A DNA stretch of 64,000 bases from Promethearchaeota archaeon (GTDB lineage Archaea; Asgardarchaeota; Lokiarchaeia; Sigyniarchaeales; SOKP01): assembly GCA_019894975.1 (NCBI GenBank), contig JAGXNO010000009.1, forward strand, positions 19,644 through 83,643, written 5' to 3'. Positions 19,675-30,747 of the stretch are shown piece by piece (position 1 is the stretch's first letter; every line of letters starts with the position of its first letter). The position numbers were made by a program, and so were the translations under genes. The notes beneath the pieces are model-generated. The model was given only the letters and a program-made list of their open reading frames with translations. It had not been told where the DNA came from and ran no database searches.

Positions 19675-21540
19675 ATTTCTAATCTTAAAGAAAGGTATAA
19701 GAGTATAAGGAAACGCTATACGAGTATAAAAAAGTTCCATAGAAATATAATTATTACATTTCTTATTGCATTCGTAAGTCTATTTGTTGGATTATATATC
19801 ATTTTTTCATTCATTCGTCTAATCCCTGGGGATCCTGTAGCCGCTTATTTAGCTGCTATTGGTGTACATAACCCCACCGATGAACAATATCAGCAAATGG
19901 TCAGACGGTTAGGAATTGATGATTTTTTCTCGTTTATCAGAGCTTTATTTGCAGGGGAATGGCGAATTTCAGTTTATATAGCAAGAGGTGAACCAGTTAT
20001 TGATTTAATTGGAGAAGCAATCCTAAAAATGATAGGCATGATAACAATACCTCTAGTAGTGGGAATAGGGTTAGGAATCTTCCTTGGGAAGATCTCATCT
20101 AAGAATAGGGGAACATGGAAGGATAAAGCTATTCAATTTTTTAGTATTTTTGGAATATCACTTTCAGTAATTTTCTTCGGTCTTTTACTTAAGTACTTCC
20201 TATGTGAAGAGTTAGGATTTTGTGAACCTATGGGTATTTCTGCAGTACCGATAGGGATTTTAACTATTTCATTTTCTGCGCTAATAAGCTGGCAAACTCG
20301 CTCCTATATGATAAAGGAACCACGTAATAAGTCAGTCGTTTCCAACACAATAATGATTGGGATTATTTTCGGTTTTATTTTTTTGTTTTACATGTTAATA
20401 GAATATACTTTTTATATTGCTGGTTTTAGTAATCTATTATTGGTTAGCTTAATCCTTTATGATTATTTCCTTCTTGCGGGATGTTTATTTGCATTATTGA
20501 TAATGTTTGTCATACTGATATTAATTTCAAATTTGCTTTTTAGCTTTTATATGCATAAAAAAAGTGAATATCCTGAACGTGAACTTGAACCAATCTTAGC
20601 TAGACCTAAGACAATTAAAAGGGAATTATTAAAAAAGGAAAATCATGGAAAAAAAATATTGACTTGGATTTTTTCAAATCTGAAATTTCTTTTCCTTCCC
20701 GGATCAAGAATAGAGGAATTATCTTTACGCGAATTTGAGTATGAGAAAAAAATTGGTAAAAGATCAATAGCTAGAAGATTAAAAAATCCCTTAACAATTC
20801 TCGGCTATTCTGTATTATTTTTTGTTATTACTCTTGCGGTTTTTGCAGAATGGCTCTCTCCACAAGTATTTGATGAGGCTATGTTACCCCATGCGGGCTC
20901 ATGGAACCCACCATCCTCCGAATATCCCTTAGGACAAACTGTAATGGGGGGGGATGTACTTTCAAAAACAATCTGGGGTATACGTAATGCATTACTTTTT
21001 GGTTTTTCAACAATTCTTGTTGGTTTGGTAGGAGGTGGAATTTTAGGGTATCTTGCAGTTATTTTTAATAATTGGGGGGAAAGGATTATAAATGGATTAA
21101 TGATCTTCTTTTATATAATCCCCGGAATAATTCTCTGCCTATTATACATTGGTGTTTATGGACCATTTACAGAATTTGCATTACCCATTATCGGTATTTT
21201 ATTAATCCCTAACTTCACACGAGCAATAGCTAGTACAATACCTAGAAAAATTAACGTTAAACATATAACAAAGACAATAATTTCTCAAATTCCATTAAAT
21301 CTCGCAATTGCTATTATTCTCTATACCTCAACGGAATTTTTAGGATTCTTTATGAATGTAGATATAAGATTGGGAGATGATATTGGGCTTGCTTTTTTAA
21401 ATTTATCTGAGGCGCCTTGGGCAAGTTTATGGCCTGGATTTGCATTGTTTGGATTAATATTCGGGCTCTTTGCCGTCCATGCAGACCTTCAGGGGTATGA
21501 ACTCCCCCTAAGAGAATTAGAAAATGTAGAATTAAAATAG
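19675..21540 (+). CDS. Fused DppB/DppC-type peptide/nickel ABC permease; start probably ATT 19675, upstream of ATG 19897
   Basis: The in-frame upstream region encodes TM1 and the DppB motif RLIPGDPV. The C-half has DppC motifs (PPSSEYPLGQTVMGGDV, APWASLWPG). AGGTG lies 7 nt before the ATT. Confidence 0.8.
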   Translation: MSNLKERYKSIRKRYTSIKKFHRNIIITFLIAFVSLFVGLYIIFSFIRLIPGDPVAAYLAAIGVHNPTDEQYQQMVRRLGIDDFFSFIRALFAGEWRISVYIARGEPVIDLIGEAILKMIGMITIPLVVGIGLGIFLGKISSKNRGTWKDKAIQFFSIFGISLSVIFFGLLLKYFLCEELGFCEPMGISAVPIGILTISFSALISWQTRSYMIKEPRNKSVVSNTIMIGIIFGFIFLFYMLIEYTFYIAGFSNLLLVSLILYDYFLLAGCLFALLIMFVILILISNLLFSFYMHKKSEYPERELEPILARPKTIKRELLKKENHGKKILTWIFSNLKFLFLPGSRIEELSLREFEYEKKIGKRSIARRLKNPLTILGYSVLFFVITLAVFAEWLSPQVFDEAMLPHAGSWNPPSSEYPLGQTVMGGDVLSKTIWGIRNALLFGFSTILVGLVGGGILGYLAVIFNNWGERIINGLMIFFYIIPGIILCLLYIGVYGPFTEFALPIIGILLIPNFTRAIASTIPRKINVKHITKTIISQIPLNLAIAIILYTSTEFLGFFMNVDIRLGDDIGLAFLNLSEAPWASLWPGFALFGLIFGLFAVHADLQGYELPLRELENVELK

Positions 21541-21783
21541 GTTTGGGTACATCCTTTCAATATTTTCTATAGCTTCAGTGAACAAAGTAAGTAATATCAT
21601 ACTATCATTGACATACATGTTATTCATTACATAATCCAAAATGCTATTTGCTGTTGATTTATCTCTGTTAGTATACTTCTGCACCTTTGATTTGAACAAG
21701 ATAATAAATTCCTCTTTTAACCACTCTAGTTCCTCTATTAAACTTTCCTCTAAAATCTCATGATAATTCACACTTACTTTCAT
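21532..21783 (-). CDS. Small acidic hypothetical protein
   Basis: 83-aa ORF with GAGG SD upstream. Confidence 0.7.
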   Translation of the reverse strand: MKVSVNYHEILEESLIEELEWLKEEFIILFKSKVQKYTNRDKSTANSILDYVMNNMYVNDSMILLTLFTEAIENIERMYPNLF

Positions 21784-21941
21784 TATTTAACCTCAACCCC
21801 AACAAAATTATACAAATCTCCTTCTTCTTTAATTAATATGAGTTAGGTTAGTATAAATAAGTTAAAGAGACCGATTTTTATGTAATTTGTATTTATAGAA
21901 ATAGTTGAAAATCTCCTAATACCACTATATATATATTAATG

Positions 21942-23756
21942 TTAAGTCTTATTTTGGACAATCTCCTTCATTTTTTCAATGTATTCAAGAGATTGGTGGC
22001 GAAAGTATGTATTATAAAGCTCAGCATAGGTTCCACCCTTGGCCATTAAGGCATCATGGTTTCCTTCTTCCACGATCTTTCCGTGATCCATAACGATTAT
22101 ACGATCTACATGTCTTACAGTCCAAAGTCGATGAGCAATAATAATAGAAGTACGCCCTTCAATCGTTTTTTGTAAAGCATCCTGAATTTTTGTTTCAGTA
22201 AAAGGATCAACTGATGCGGTAGCCTCATCCAATATCAGAATTGACGGATTTTCTAATAAAACACGAGCAAAAACTACTAACTGACGCTGACCCATGGAGA
22301 GCATACTACCACGTTCTCCCGTATAAGTATTTAAACCATCTGATAAATCCTCGATCCAATCAGTGCCACTAGAATTATTTAAGGCATTTAAAACTGCATC
22401 ATCAGTTGCATTTTTGCAGCAGTACTTAATATTATTTTCAAGAGTGTCTGCCCAGAGAAATGGAGTTTGTGGTATTATTCCAATATGTTTTCGATATTCA
22501 CTTAAATCATAAGCTCTGATACTTTTTCCATCAATTAATATATCTCCTTCTTGGAATTCATAGAATCTAGCAATGAGCTTTGCTAAGCTTGATTTCCCCG
22601 CACCTGTATGACCTACGATAGCTACAGATTCTCCAGGCTTAATTTTTAAATTAAAATTTGTAAAGACTTCTTTTGATGCTTCATACTGAAAAGTTACATC
22701 TTTAAATTCAATTTCACCGTTTAGTTCTGGTGGTTTTATGTTATCATTTTGAATTACCAAAGGGATAGTATCTATCAAGGCAAAAATACGTTCTGAAGCT
22801 GACATACCTGTCTGAAATGCAGGCCAAAATGAGGCTATAGATAACAATGGAAAAAAGAGGAAACTTAATCCTGATAAAAACAAGTTCAAATCACCCACGC
22901 TTAAAGAACCATTTAAAACTCTTGCTCCCCCGAGAAACACAATTAAAGTTAGTACTATCCCTTGAATCATGCTTAAAGCGGGATATACAATACTGAAAAC
23001 AAAACCTCTTCGTAAATTGACTTTATAAGAAATATCATTTACTTCATTAAATGTGTCATAAAGCTTCTTTTCTTGTCGAAAGGTTTTTGCGATTTGAATT
23101 CCTGAAAAACTTTCTTTAACATATGCATTAACAGAAGCAAGAGCTCGTTGTCCCAATAAAGCTCTCTTTCGCGCGATTTTTCGATATGCGAATGCTATAA
23201 GAAAAAACAAAGGAAAAGTAATTATTGTGGCTAAAAATAAAATGATATCCATAAACACCATTATTACTAATAAAAAGATGATAATGAAAAATGAAGATAA
23301 TAAATCAAGTGAAAGATTTACAACTTCACCCAAATCTCTGGAATCAGTATTAATTCGACTCACTACCTTACCAATCGGATTTCTATCAAAAAATGATAAG
23401 TCATGATTTAAAACAGCTTCGCCAGCATCCCTTCTTAAATCTAGTACTACATCTCCAATGATTTTGGAGATTTTACGACGTCTAAAATAATTAAAAACCC
23501 ACCCTAATATATTCAACATAAAAGTAAAAGCTATAACGAATATAATATAAACTACATTTCTGTTGGTTTCGATATTGTTTAGAATTATTGAAGTTAGAAT
23601 TGGAATGAGAGAACTGGAGAGAGATCCAAGACTAAGAAGGAAAACTACAAACCCCATTGGACGTTTATAAGGAGTAAAATATTTTAAGATCCGTTTTATT
23701 AAGACTCTATCCGAAATTTCTTTGTCATACTCCTCAGCTTCAAGTCCAACCCACAT
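21942..23756 (-). CDS. ABC exporter, fused TMD-NBD (heterodimer subunit)
   Basis: GHTGAGKS, LSMGQRQ, ILDEAT, IAHRL. Confidence 0.93.
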   Translation of the reverse strand: MWVGLEAEEYDKEISDRVLIKRILKYFTPYKRPMGFVVFLLSLGSLSSSLIPILTSIILNNIETNRNVVYIIFVIAFTFMLNILGWVFNYFRRRKISKIIGDVVLDLRRDAGEAVLNHDLSFFDRNPIGKVVSRINTDSRDLGEVVNLSLDLLSSFFIIIFLLVIMVFMDIILFLATIITFPLFFLIAFAYRKIARKRALLGQRALASVNAYVKESFSGIQIAKTFRQEKKLYDTFNEVNDISYKVNLRRGFVFSIVYPALSMIQGIVLTLIVFLGGARVLNGSLSVGDLNLFLSGLSFLFFPLLSIASFWPAFQTGMSASERIFALIDTIPLVIQNDNIKPPELNGEIEFKDVTFQYEASKEVFTNFNLKIKPGESVAIVGHTGAGKSSLAKLIARFYEFQEGDILIDGKSIRAYDLSEYRKHIGIIPQTPFLWADTLENNIKYCCKNATDDAVLNALNNSSGTDWIEDLSDGLNTYTGERGSMLSMGQRQLVVFARVLLENPSILILDEATASVDPFTETKIQDALQKTIEGRTSIIIAHRLWTVRHVDRIIVMDHGKIVEEGNHDALMAKGGTYAELYNTYFRHQSLEYIEKMKEIVQNKT

Positions 23757-23758
23757 TC

Positions 23759-25597
23759 CTAAGATCCCTCCTTTTGTTTTATTAATTGATCAACGTCTAC
23801 ATCAAACTTTTTAATAAATATTTTTTGATATTCTTCTGAGGTCAATAAAAGTTCATCATGAGTTCCCATAGCTGCTATTTCCCCTTTTTTTAGGACAATA
23901 ATTACGTCGGCCCACCTAATTTGCGAAAGTCTATGTGTTATAAGAAGAGTCGTTCTATCCTTGAGTATATTTCGAATTGCTCTTTGTATTTTGTCTTCCG
24001 TATTTGAATCTATTGCAGATGTTGAGTCATCCAAAATAAGAATTCTTGGATCAGAAAGAAATGCTCGAGCTATTGCGATTCTTTGTCTTTCTCCACCACT
24101 TAATTGGACACCTCTTTCACCAACTTCGGAGTCGTACTGATTAGGTAACTGAGAAATAAAATCGTGAGCTTGAGCTTCTTTGGTTACCTGTACTATTTCT
24201 TCCTGAGAAGATACTCTACCAAACGATATATTGCTAAAGATTGAATCTGAAAACAAGAAAACATCTTGTTCTATATAGGATATTTGACCTCTCAATGATT
24301 TTAAAGAATAGTCCCGGAGATCAATATTATCAACTAAAATTCTACCTTCACCAACATCATATAATCGAGATAGTAACTTGGTTAGTGTTGTTTTTCCTGA
24401 TCCCGTGGTACCCACAATAGCTACTGACTGTCCGGGTTTTACCTCAAAATTAATATTTTTTAATACTATTTTTTCACTTCCTGGATAAGAAAAGGAAACG
24501 TTTTCAAATTTTATTCTTCCCTCTAAAGATTTCGAAATTCCCTCAATATTTTCATCAATTTCAGTCTCTTGATTCATTAAATTAAGTAATCTTTGAGCAC
24601 TAGTAATTGCAGTACGAACCATTGCAAACACAAATATTGAAATTTGTGTTGGAAAACCCAATTGTCTTAATAGCGCCATATAGCCAATAATAAAGCCAAT
24701 TGGGAACATTATTGTAAAATTTAGAATGATTCCATGAGTTAGACCAAAAGTAAATGTTAAAGCCAAAATTAAAAAAGGGAGATACTTTGCTTGAACATGG
24801 CCTTGTTCAATAAAAGCATCTCGATATCCTCTCGCGTTTAAAATATACTTTTCTAGCTCGCGTGCCTCTTGAACGGTACCTTTAACAACTTCAATACCAG
24901 TAAGAGTTTCATTTAAAGTAGTATTCATCCCACCGAAAAATCCTCTTAATTTCCATGAAATTGGAGCTATTTTCTTAACATAAGATCTTAAGGATATTAT
25001 GAATAATACAGCAAACACTAATGGTGCTATCATTAATTGAACGGGATAAAAGATTATTATATAAATTAGAGGAATTACCAAAGCAGTGAAGGATTCAAAT
25101 ATAAGAGAAATCGCGGGGCTAATAAGGAAATTTAGCATGCGAACGTCATTGGTGGCAAGGGCCATCAATTCACCAATTTGAATAGTTTCATGAAAGGATT
25201 GGCTTTTACCCAAAAGATTAGAATAAAATTCTCTTCTACAATCTCTTTCCATCCTATGAGCTAAAACCTCTCTTAATGCGAAGCTAAACATTCTCAAAAA
25301 TGGAGAACCAATGTTTAATAACAAAATAAAAACAGTATAATATATCAATGAAGTTGTCTTATGTAAAAAGAAATCTGTAATTGCATTACCAATAAGAACA
25401 GAAGTAATAGACCACAAGTTGGATGTTAAAATTGTTGTAAATAGCACAACTGCAATTAGATACTTATTTGATTTATAAAATAGATGTGAAAAAATCCACC
25501 TTCGTGAACCTTTGTGGCGAGCTTTTTCAAAGTGATCTTTTCCTGGTGAAAACTCAACAATCCGTTTCTGATATGTCTCGCTTTTACTATTTTTCAT
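23759..25597 (-). CDS. ABC exporter, fused TMD-NBD (partner subunit with degenerate Walker B)
   Basis: GTTGSGKT, LSGGERQR, ILDDST. ATG 25597 preferred over TTG 25645. Confidence 0.92.
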   Translation of the reverse strand: MKNSKSETYQKRIVEFSPGKDHFEKARHKGSRRWIFSHLFYKSNKYLIAVVLFTTILTSNLWSITSVLIGNAITDFFLHKTTSLIYYTVFILLLNIGSPFLRMFSFALREVLAHRMERDCRREFYSNLLGKSQSFHETIQIGELMALATNDVRMLNFLISPAISLIFESFTALVIPLIYIIIFYPVQLMIAPLVFAVLFIISLRSYVKKIAPISWKLRGFFGGMNTTLNETLTGIEVVKGTVQEARELEKYILNARGYRDAFIEQGHVQAKYLPFLILALTFTFGLTHGIILNFTIMFPIGFIIGYMALLRQLGFPTQISIFVFAMVRTAITSAQRLLNLMNQETEIDENIEGISKSLEGRIKFENVSFSYPGSEKIVLKNINFEVKPGQSVAIVGTTGSGKTTLTKLLSRLYDVGEGRILVDNIDLRDYSLKSLRGQISYIEQDVFLFSDSIFSNISFGRVSSQEEIVQVTKEAQAHDFISQLPNQYDSEVGERGVQLSGGERQRIAIARAFLSDPRILILDDSTSAIDSNTEDKIQRAIRNILKDRTTLLITHRLSQIRWADVIIVLKKGEIAAMGTHDELLLTSEEYQKIFIKKFDVDVDQLIKQKEGS

Positions 25598-25723
25598 TGA
25601 TATCTTTTGATGGTTTTGATAAGAAATATTACTAATAGTATGCAAATTGAAGTAGTTGTTAATTAATGAGTTTTATGCTATGATTTAGAGAAATAACATT
25701 GTATACAAAAATGAGAAGTTTAG

Positions 25724-26023
25724 CTAAGAGTGATAATCCTTTCTTGTGCTAATAAGGGTTGTAGTGGCTTCAATCCACTGATTCAATTCATTGTCAGATC
25801 TACAAAAAGTAACTATTTTCTCCAAATCCTCTAATTTCAGGAACTTACATTCAACCATTAAGTCCCAACCTCCGTAGATAGGTGTAACATAGGTGACTTC
25901 CCAATCTTCCTGTTGATTGCTGGATTTTAAACTTTTTAGTTTTTCTGTGACTTTCCACTGAGTACCAATAATTTTCAATCGAATCAAAATATAACCACGA
26001 TAATAAATCGACGTAACACCCAA
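25724..26023 (-). CDS. Stand-alone Lrp/AsnC ligand-binding (RAM-like) domain protein
   Basis: GYILIRLK...VTPIYGGWDLMVE...IEATTTLIS. Start uncertain. Confidence 0.7.
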   Translation of the reverse strand: MGVTSIYYRGYILIRLKIIGTQWKVTEKLKSLKSSNQQEDWEVTYVTPIYGGWDLMVECKFLKLEDLEKIVTFCRSDNELNQWIEATTTLISTRKDYHS

Positions 26024-26141
26024 ATTAAATCTTTAGATATTGATTAACCAATAAATAGTGATATATTTTTCAAGATTTTTCAAGATTTCTATTAATGAGA
26101 GAATTAGTGTATGAGTATTTCTAAAGCATTAGTTTCAAAAT

Positions 26142-29100
26142 CTACCAATATATTTCTTTTAATGTCTTATGATATTCATTAAGAGATTTAATCTCTACTT
26201 CTTTTTTCCTAACATCTTTTATAGCATCGACAATAGCTCTTGCAAGTTGTAAATTTATTATTACGGGAATGTTATAATCCACTGCCATTCTACGAATCTT
26301 ATATTCATCCTCTATGATTGTTGCGAATTTTTCTTCTACTGTAGTTGGCATTGGAATATTAATTACTAAATCTATTGCTCCATTTTGAAGGCAACCCATT
26401 ATATTTGGTTCCATTCCAGCTTCATGAATCTTATATAATCTCACAGCATAGATTCCACTGTTTTTTAATGCTAAAGCAGTAGCTTCAGTAGCGAATATTG
26501 TAAATCCCATATCTTTTAACTTCATAGCTAAAGGAATTATTTGTTTTTTTAATTCTTCTCCTCCTACTGAAATTAGTACATTCCCCCCTTCTACAGGAAT
26601 ACGCATTTCAGTAGCTTCTAAAGCTTTTATTAAGGCATCTTGGAAATCCTCTCCTATAATGCCAATTTCACCAGTAGATGCCATTTCAACCCCGAGTCGA
26701 AAATCTGCTTTGTCCAATCTCAAAAATGAAAACATTGGAGCCTTAATACCCACATAGTTTCCATAAGGAAGATCGAGCAGTCTTTCTGGAATTTTATTAC
26801 CCATTATTACCTCCGCTGCTAATCTCATAAGGTTTATGCCTCGAATTTTTGAGACATATGGCATACTACGGCTTGAACGCAAATTACATTCAATTACATA
26901 CACATCCCCATTTTTAATCATATATTGAACATTAAAAGGTCCCCGAATTTTCAGAGCTAAAGCAATTTTTTTAGTATTTTCTTCAATTACACTAATTACA
27001 TCTTCAGAAACCGTTTGGGGGGGAATTGTCATAGTTGCATCCCCACTGTGTATTCCTGCATTTTCTATATGCTCTACGATTGCTCCAATTAACACGTTAG
27101 AGCCATCACAGATACCATCACATTCTATCTCTCTTGCATTAGTGAAAAATTTAGTAATTACAATAGGATATTCCCTAGAAACGGAAGCTGCAAGATCAAG
27201 TGTATCTCTGAGGGTTGTTTCATCGTAACATACTCTCATGGCAGCTCCACTTAATACATACGAAGGTCTAACAAGTACAGGGTAACTTACATTCTTTGCA
27301 AAATTTAGTGCTTCTTCTTTATCCGTTAAAGCACTCCATTGAGGTTGTTTAATATTGAGCTGATCTAGTAATGCACTAAATTTACTTCTATCTTCTGCCA
27401 TATCTATTCTTGAACCATGGGTCCCAAGTATTTTTAGATTAGTTTTCCTAAAGAATTCAGAATACTTTGTAATTTTTGCGGCTAAATTATTTGCTATTTG
27501 TCCCCCTGCTGATACGACTATTCCCTCTGCTTTTTCAAGTTCACATATATCAAGCACTCTTTCCCCAGAAATTTCATCAAAGTAGAGCTTATCACTTACG
27601 TCGTAGTCGGTAGACACCGTTTCTGGATTATAATTAATCATAATGGCTTGGTCCACGCCCAGCCTCTTAATTCCCCATAAACAATTAACAGATCCCCAAT
27701 CAAACTCGACAGAAGCTCCAATACGATATGTACCAGAACCTAAAACAATAACTTTTCTAAGATTAGAATTATTTTCTTGCTGAAAATCTATGTCATGTTC
27801 AGTAGCGCTATATGTAAGGTATAAATAGTTAGTTATTGCTGGCCACTCTGCTGCTAAAGTATCGATCCTTTTCACATATGGATGAATTCCTAATTTTTTT
27901 CTCAGTTGTCTCACAAATATTGTATTGATCCCCATGATCTTACCTATTTGTCCGTCAGAGAATCCATATCTTTTAGCTCTTTCTAACAAATAAATTTTTT
28001 CTGAATCTGGAGATTCTAGTAAGTCAAGGCTTTCAATGTTCCGTTCTATATCTATAATATTTTTTAATTTATGAAGAAACCATTTATCCACTCTTGAGAG
28101 ACGATAGATTTCATCAATTGAAATCCCTCTTTTAATTGCTTCAGCAATTCTAAATACTCTTAAGTCTGTAGGGTTTCTTAATGCATATTTTAATTCATTT
28201 ATATCTTCAATTTCTTCCAAATCATTAGCTACAAAACCTTTCATCCCAATGTCAAGCATTCTTATTGCCTTTTGTAGAACCTCTTCAAAAGTTCTACCAA
28301 TTGCCATAACTTCCCCTACACTTTTCATCTGAGAGCCTAATCTTCGATCTACTTTTTGGAATTTTATAAGATCCCATCTTGGAAATTTGAGAACTAAATA
28401 ATCTAATGCCGGTTCGAAGCATGCTGTAGTAATTCCGGTAATTTTGTTTTTTAACTCAGGTAAGGTATATCCTATTGCAAGTTTTGCTGCTATATATGCC
28501 AAAGGATATCCTGTCGCTTTAGAAGCTAATGCTGATGATCTAGAAAGGCGAGCATTTACCTCAATCGCTCGGAATTCTTTTGAAAAAGGATCTAAACCAT
28601 ATTGAATATTGCATTCCCCAATAATACCAAGGTTACGAATAACCCTTATTGAAGCTGAACGGAGCATTTGGTACTCTTCATTAGTAAGTGTTTGACTTGG
28701 GCTTATTACTAATGATTCCCCGGTGTGAATACCCACTGGATCAAAATTCTCCATATTACAGTTAATAAAACAATTATCCTCAGAATCCCTTACTACTTCA
28801 TATTCAATTTCTTTCCAACCCCAGATACTTTCTTCAATAAGAATTTGATTTATCCTTGATTGAGCTAAACCTTTTTTTGCCATTCTTTCAAATTCTTTCA
28901 TGTTATTAACTATTCCTGATCCTCTTCCACCTAAAGTGTAGGCTACTCGGAGCATACACGGAAATCCGATTTCTTCAACCGCTTTCAAAGCATCTGTATA
29001 GGAACTTACAGCTTGACTTTTACAGACTTTAACTTCAGAACTTTCCATTGCTTTAACAAACAAATCACGGTCTTCAGTTGCCTCGATGGCTTCTATTGGT

Positions 29101-29453
29101 GTTCCTAGCACTCTTACATTATATTTTTCTAAAATACCGGCTTCTTTTAATTCAACTCCTACATTCAAAGCTGTTTGACCACCGAAAGATAATAAAATTC
29201 CGTCAGGTTTTTCCTTTTTAATCACTTCCTCTACATATTTAACGTTGATAGGCAATAAGTAAACATGATCAGATAACTGAGGATCAGTTTGAATCGTAGC
29301 TATATTAGGGTTTATTAAGATTGTTTCAATTCCTTCTTCCTTTAAAGCTTTAAGTACTTGAGAACCACTATAATCGAATTCACCTGCTTGACCAATACGA
29401 ATTCCACCAGAACCAACCACAAGTGCCTTTTTAATACTTCTATCAAGTGGTAT
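26142..29453 (-). CDS. carB: Carbamoyl-phosphate synthase large subunit; start probably ATA at 29453
   Basis: (M)PLDRSIKKALVVGSGGIRIGQAGEFDYSG, two ATP-grasp halves, EVNARLSRSSALASKATGYP, C-terminal MGS domain. Confidence 0.96.
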   Translation of the reverse strand: MPLDRSIKKALVVGSGGIRIGQAGEFDYSGSQVLKALKEEGIETILINPNIATIQTDPQLSDHVYLLPINVKYVEEVIKKEKPDGILLSFGGQTALNVGVELKEAGILEKYNVRVLGTPIEAIEATEDRDLFVKAMESSEVKVCKSQAVSSYTDALKAVEEIGFPCMLRVAYTLGGRGSGIVNNMKEFERMAKKGLAQSRINQILIEESIWGWKEIEYEVVRDSEDNCFINCNMENFDPVGIHTGESLVISPSQTLTNEEYQMLRSASIRVIRNLGIIGECNIQYGLDPFSKEFRAIEVNARLSRSSALASKATGYPLAYIAAKLAIGYTLPELKNKITGITTACFEPALDYLVLKFPRWDLIKFQKVDRRLGSQMKSVGEVMAIGRTFEEVLQKAIRMLDIGMKGFVANDLEEIEDINELKYALRNPTDLRVFRIAEAIKRGISIDEIYRLSRVDKWFLHKLKNIIDIERNIESLDLLESPDSEKIYLLERAKRYGFSDGQIGKIMGINTIFVRQLRKKLGIHPYVKRIDTLAAEWPAITNYLYLTYSATEHDIDFQQENNSNLRKVIVLGSGTYRIGASVEFDWGSVNCLWGIKRLGVDQAIMINYNPETVSTDYDVSDKLYFDEISGERVLDICELEKAEGIVVSAGGQIANNLAAKITKYSEFFRKTNLKILGTHGSRIDMAEDRSKFSALLDQLNIKQPQWSALTDKEEALNFAKNVSYPVLVRPSYVLSGAAMRVCYDETTLRDTLDLAASVSREYPIVITKFFTNAREIECDGICDGSNVLIGAIVEHIENAGIHSGDATMTIPPQTVSEDVISVIEENTKKIALALKIRGPFNVQYMIKNGDVYVIECNLRSSRSMPYVSKIRGINLMRLAAEVIMGNKIPERLLDLPYGNYVGIKAPMFSFLRLDKADFRLGVEMASTGEIGIIGEDFQDALIKALEATEMRIPVEGGNVLISVGGEELKKQIIPLAMKLKDMGFTIFATEATALALKNSGIYAVRLYKIHEAGMEPNIMGCLQNGAIDLVINIPMPTTVEEKFATIIEDEYKIRRMAVDYNIPVIINLQLARAIVDAIKDVRKKEVEIKSLNEYHKTLKEIYW

Positions 29454-29455
29454 TG

Positions 29456-30592
29456 CTATCTCAGCTCCATTATTTCAATAAATTTATCAAACAAATATAA
29501 GGAGTCTAGTGGACCAGGACATGCTTCTGGGTGGAACTGAACTGCAAAAATGGGTTTGGTTTCATGAATTAATCCCTCATTTGAATTGTCATCAATATTC
29601 CGCAAAAATTCTTTAAATCCCCCTATTTCAAAATCTTTCACACAAAACCCATGATTTTGTGAAGTAATATAACAATGATTAGTCTCAGTATTTATTACTG
29701 TCTTATTCCCCCCTCTATGCCCGTATTTAAGTTTGTAGGAGGATCCTCCTGCAGCTATACCGATTATCTGGTTTCCTAAACAAATTCCAAAAGTTGGGAT
29801 ATTATTCTTAATTAAACTTTTACAAACTTCAATAGCTCCCTTGTACATTGCAGGATCTCCTGGACCATTGGATACGAAAACCCCATTTGGCCGATATTTC
29901 ATAATTTGATCATAGGAATAATTATAGGGAACAATTATTATATCAATTCTTCTTTGTGCAAAGTTACGTAATATATTCAGTTTAACACCCATATCTAAAA
30001 CAACTACTTTGCCTATGGGATTAGGTTGACTGTAAACCTTTACATCTTTCGTAGAAACTTCACTCGAAAGGTGTCTTAAGTTTGGATCTTCTGCTTTTTC
30101 AACTTCCTTTCTTAAGAAGTCAATATTTATGTCTTCTCCTGATTCAAAAACAGCAAGTAAACCCACTTGAACACCCTCTTCTCTAAGGATTTTTGTGATA
30201 GCTCGGGTATCAATCCATTCGATTCCGGGTATTCCTTCCTCGCGAAGGAAAACATCTAGCGTCTTTACACTTTGATAATGACTAGGGTGTTTACAACACT
30301 CATTAACCACAAAACCTGTAACTTTTATTGAGTCTGATTCAAAATATTTAAGAATACCATATTTATCTTTTTCCCATGCGGGAACACCATAATTCCCAAC
30401 GAGAGGATGAGTCATTGTTACAATCTGACCTTGATAGGAGGGATCTGTTAGTGTTTCGTTATAACCCGCACCTGTCATAGTGTTAAAAACTAGTTCCCCT
30501 GTTACTATTTTTGAGGCTCCAAATCCAATTCCTTCGAGATATTTTCCATTTTTAAACATTAAAACTGCTGGTCTTTCCTTCTTATACAACAT
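29456..30592 (-). CDS. carA: Carbamoyl-phosphate synthase small subunit
   Basis: TDPSYQGQI, SNGPGDP, FGICLG, TSQNHG, QFHPEA. Confidence 0.96.
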   Translation of the reverse strand: MLYKKERPAVLMFKNGKYLEGIGFGASKIVTGELVFNTMTGAGYNETLTDPSYQGQIVTMTHPLVGNYGVPAWEKDKYGILKYFESDSIKVTGFVVNECCKHPSHYQSVKTLDVFLREEGIPGIEWIDTRAITKILREEGVQVGLLAVFESGEDINIDFLRKEVEKAEDPNLRHLSSEVSTKDVKVYSQPNPIGKVVVLDMGVKLNILRNFAQRRIDIIIVPYNYSYDQIMKYRPNGVFVSNGPGDPAMYKGAIEVCKSLIKNNIPTFGICLGNQIIGIAAGGSSYKLKYGHRGGNKTVINTETNHCYITSQNHGFCVKDFEIGGFKEFLRNIDDNSNEGLIHETKPIFAVQFHPEACPGPLDSLYLFDKFIEIMELR

Positions 30593-30747
30593 TTACAAAA
30601 CTGATATATCCATCTCATACATTCTTAAAACAAAAATAGATAGTTATATCTTTTAAGATTGATTATTAACGAGTTAAATAAACTATAACAGTTATGTCAA
30701 TTTTCAATTACAACCATTAAATCAACATAATCTTTATTTAAATTTAC

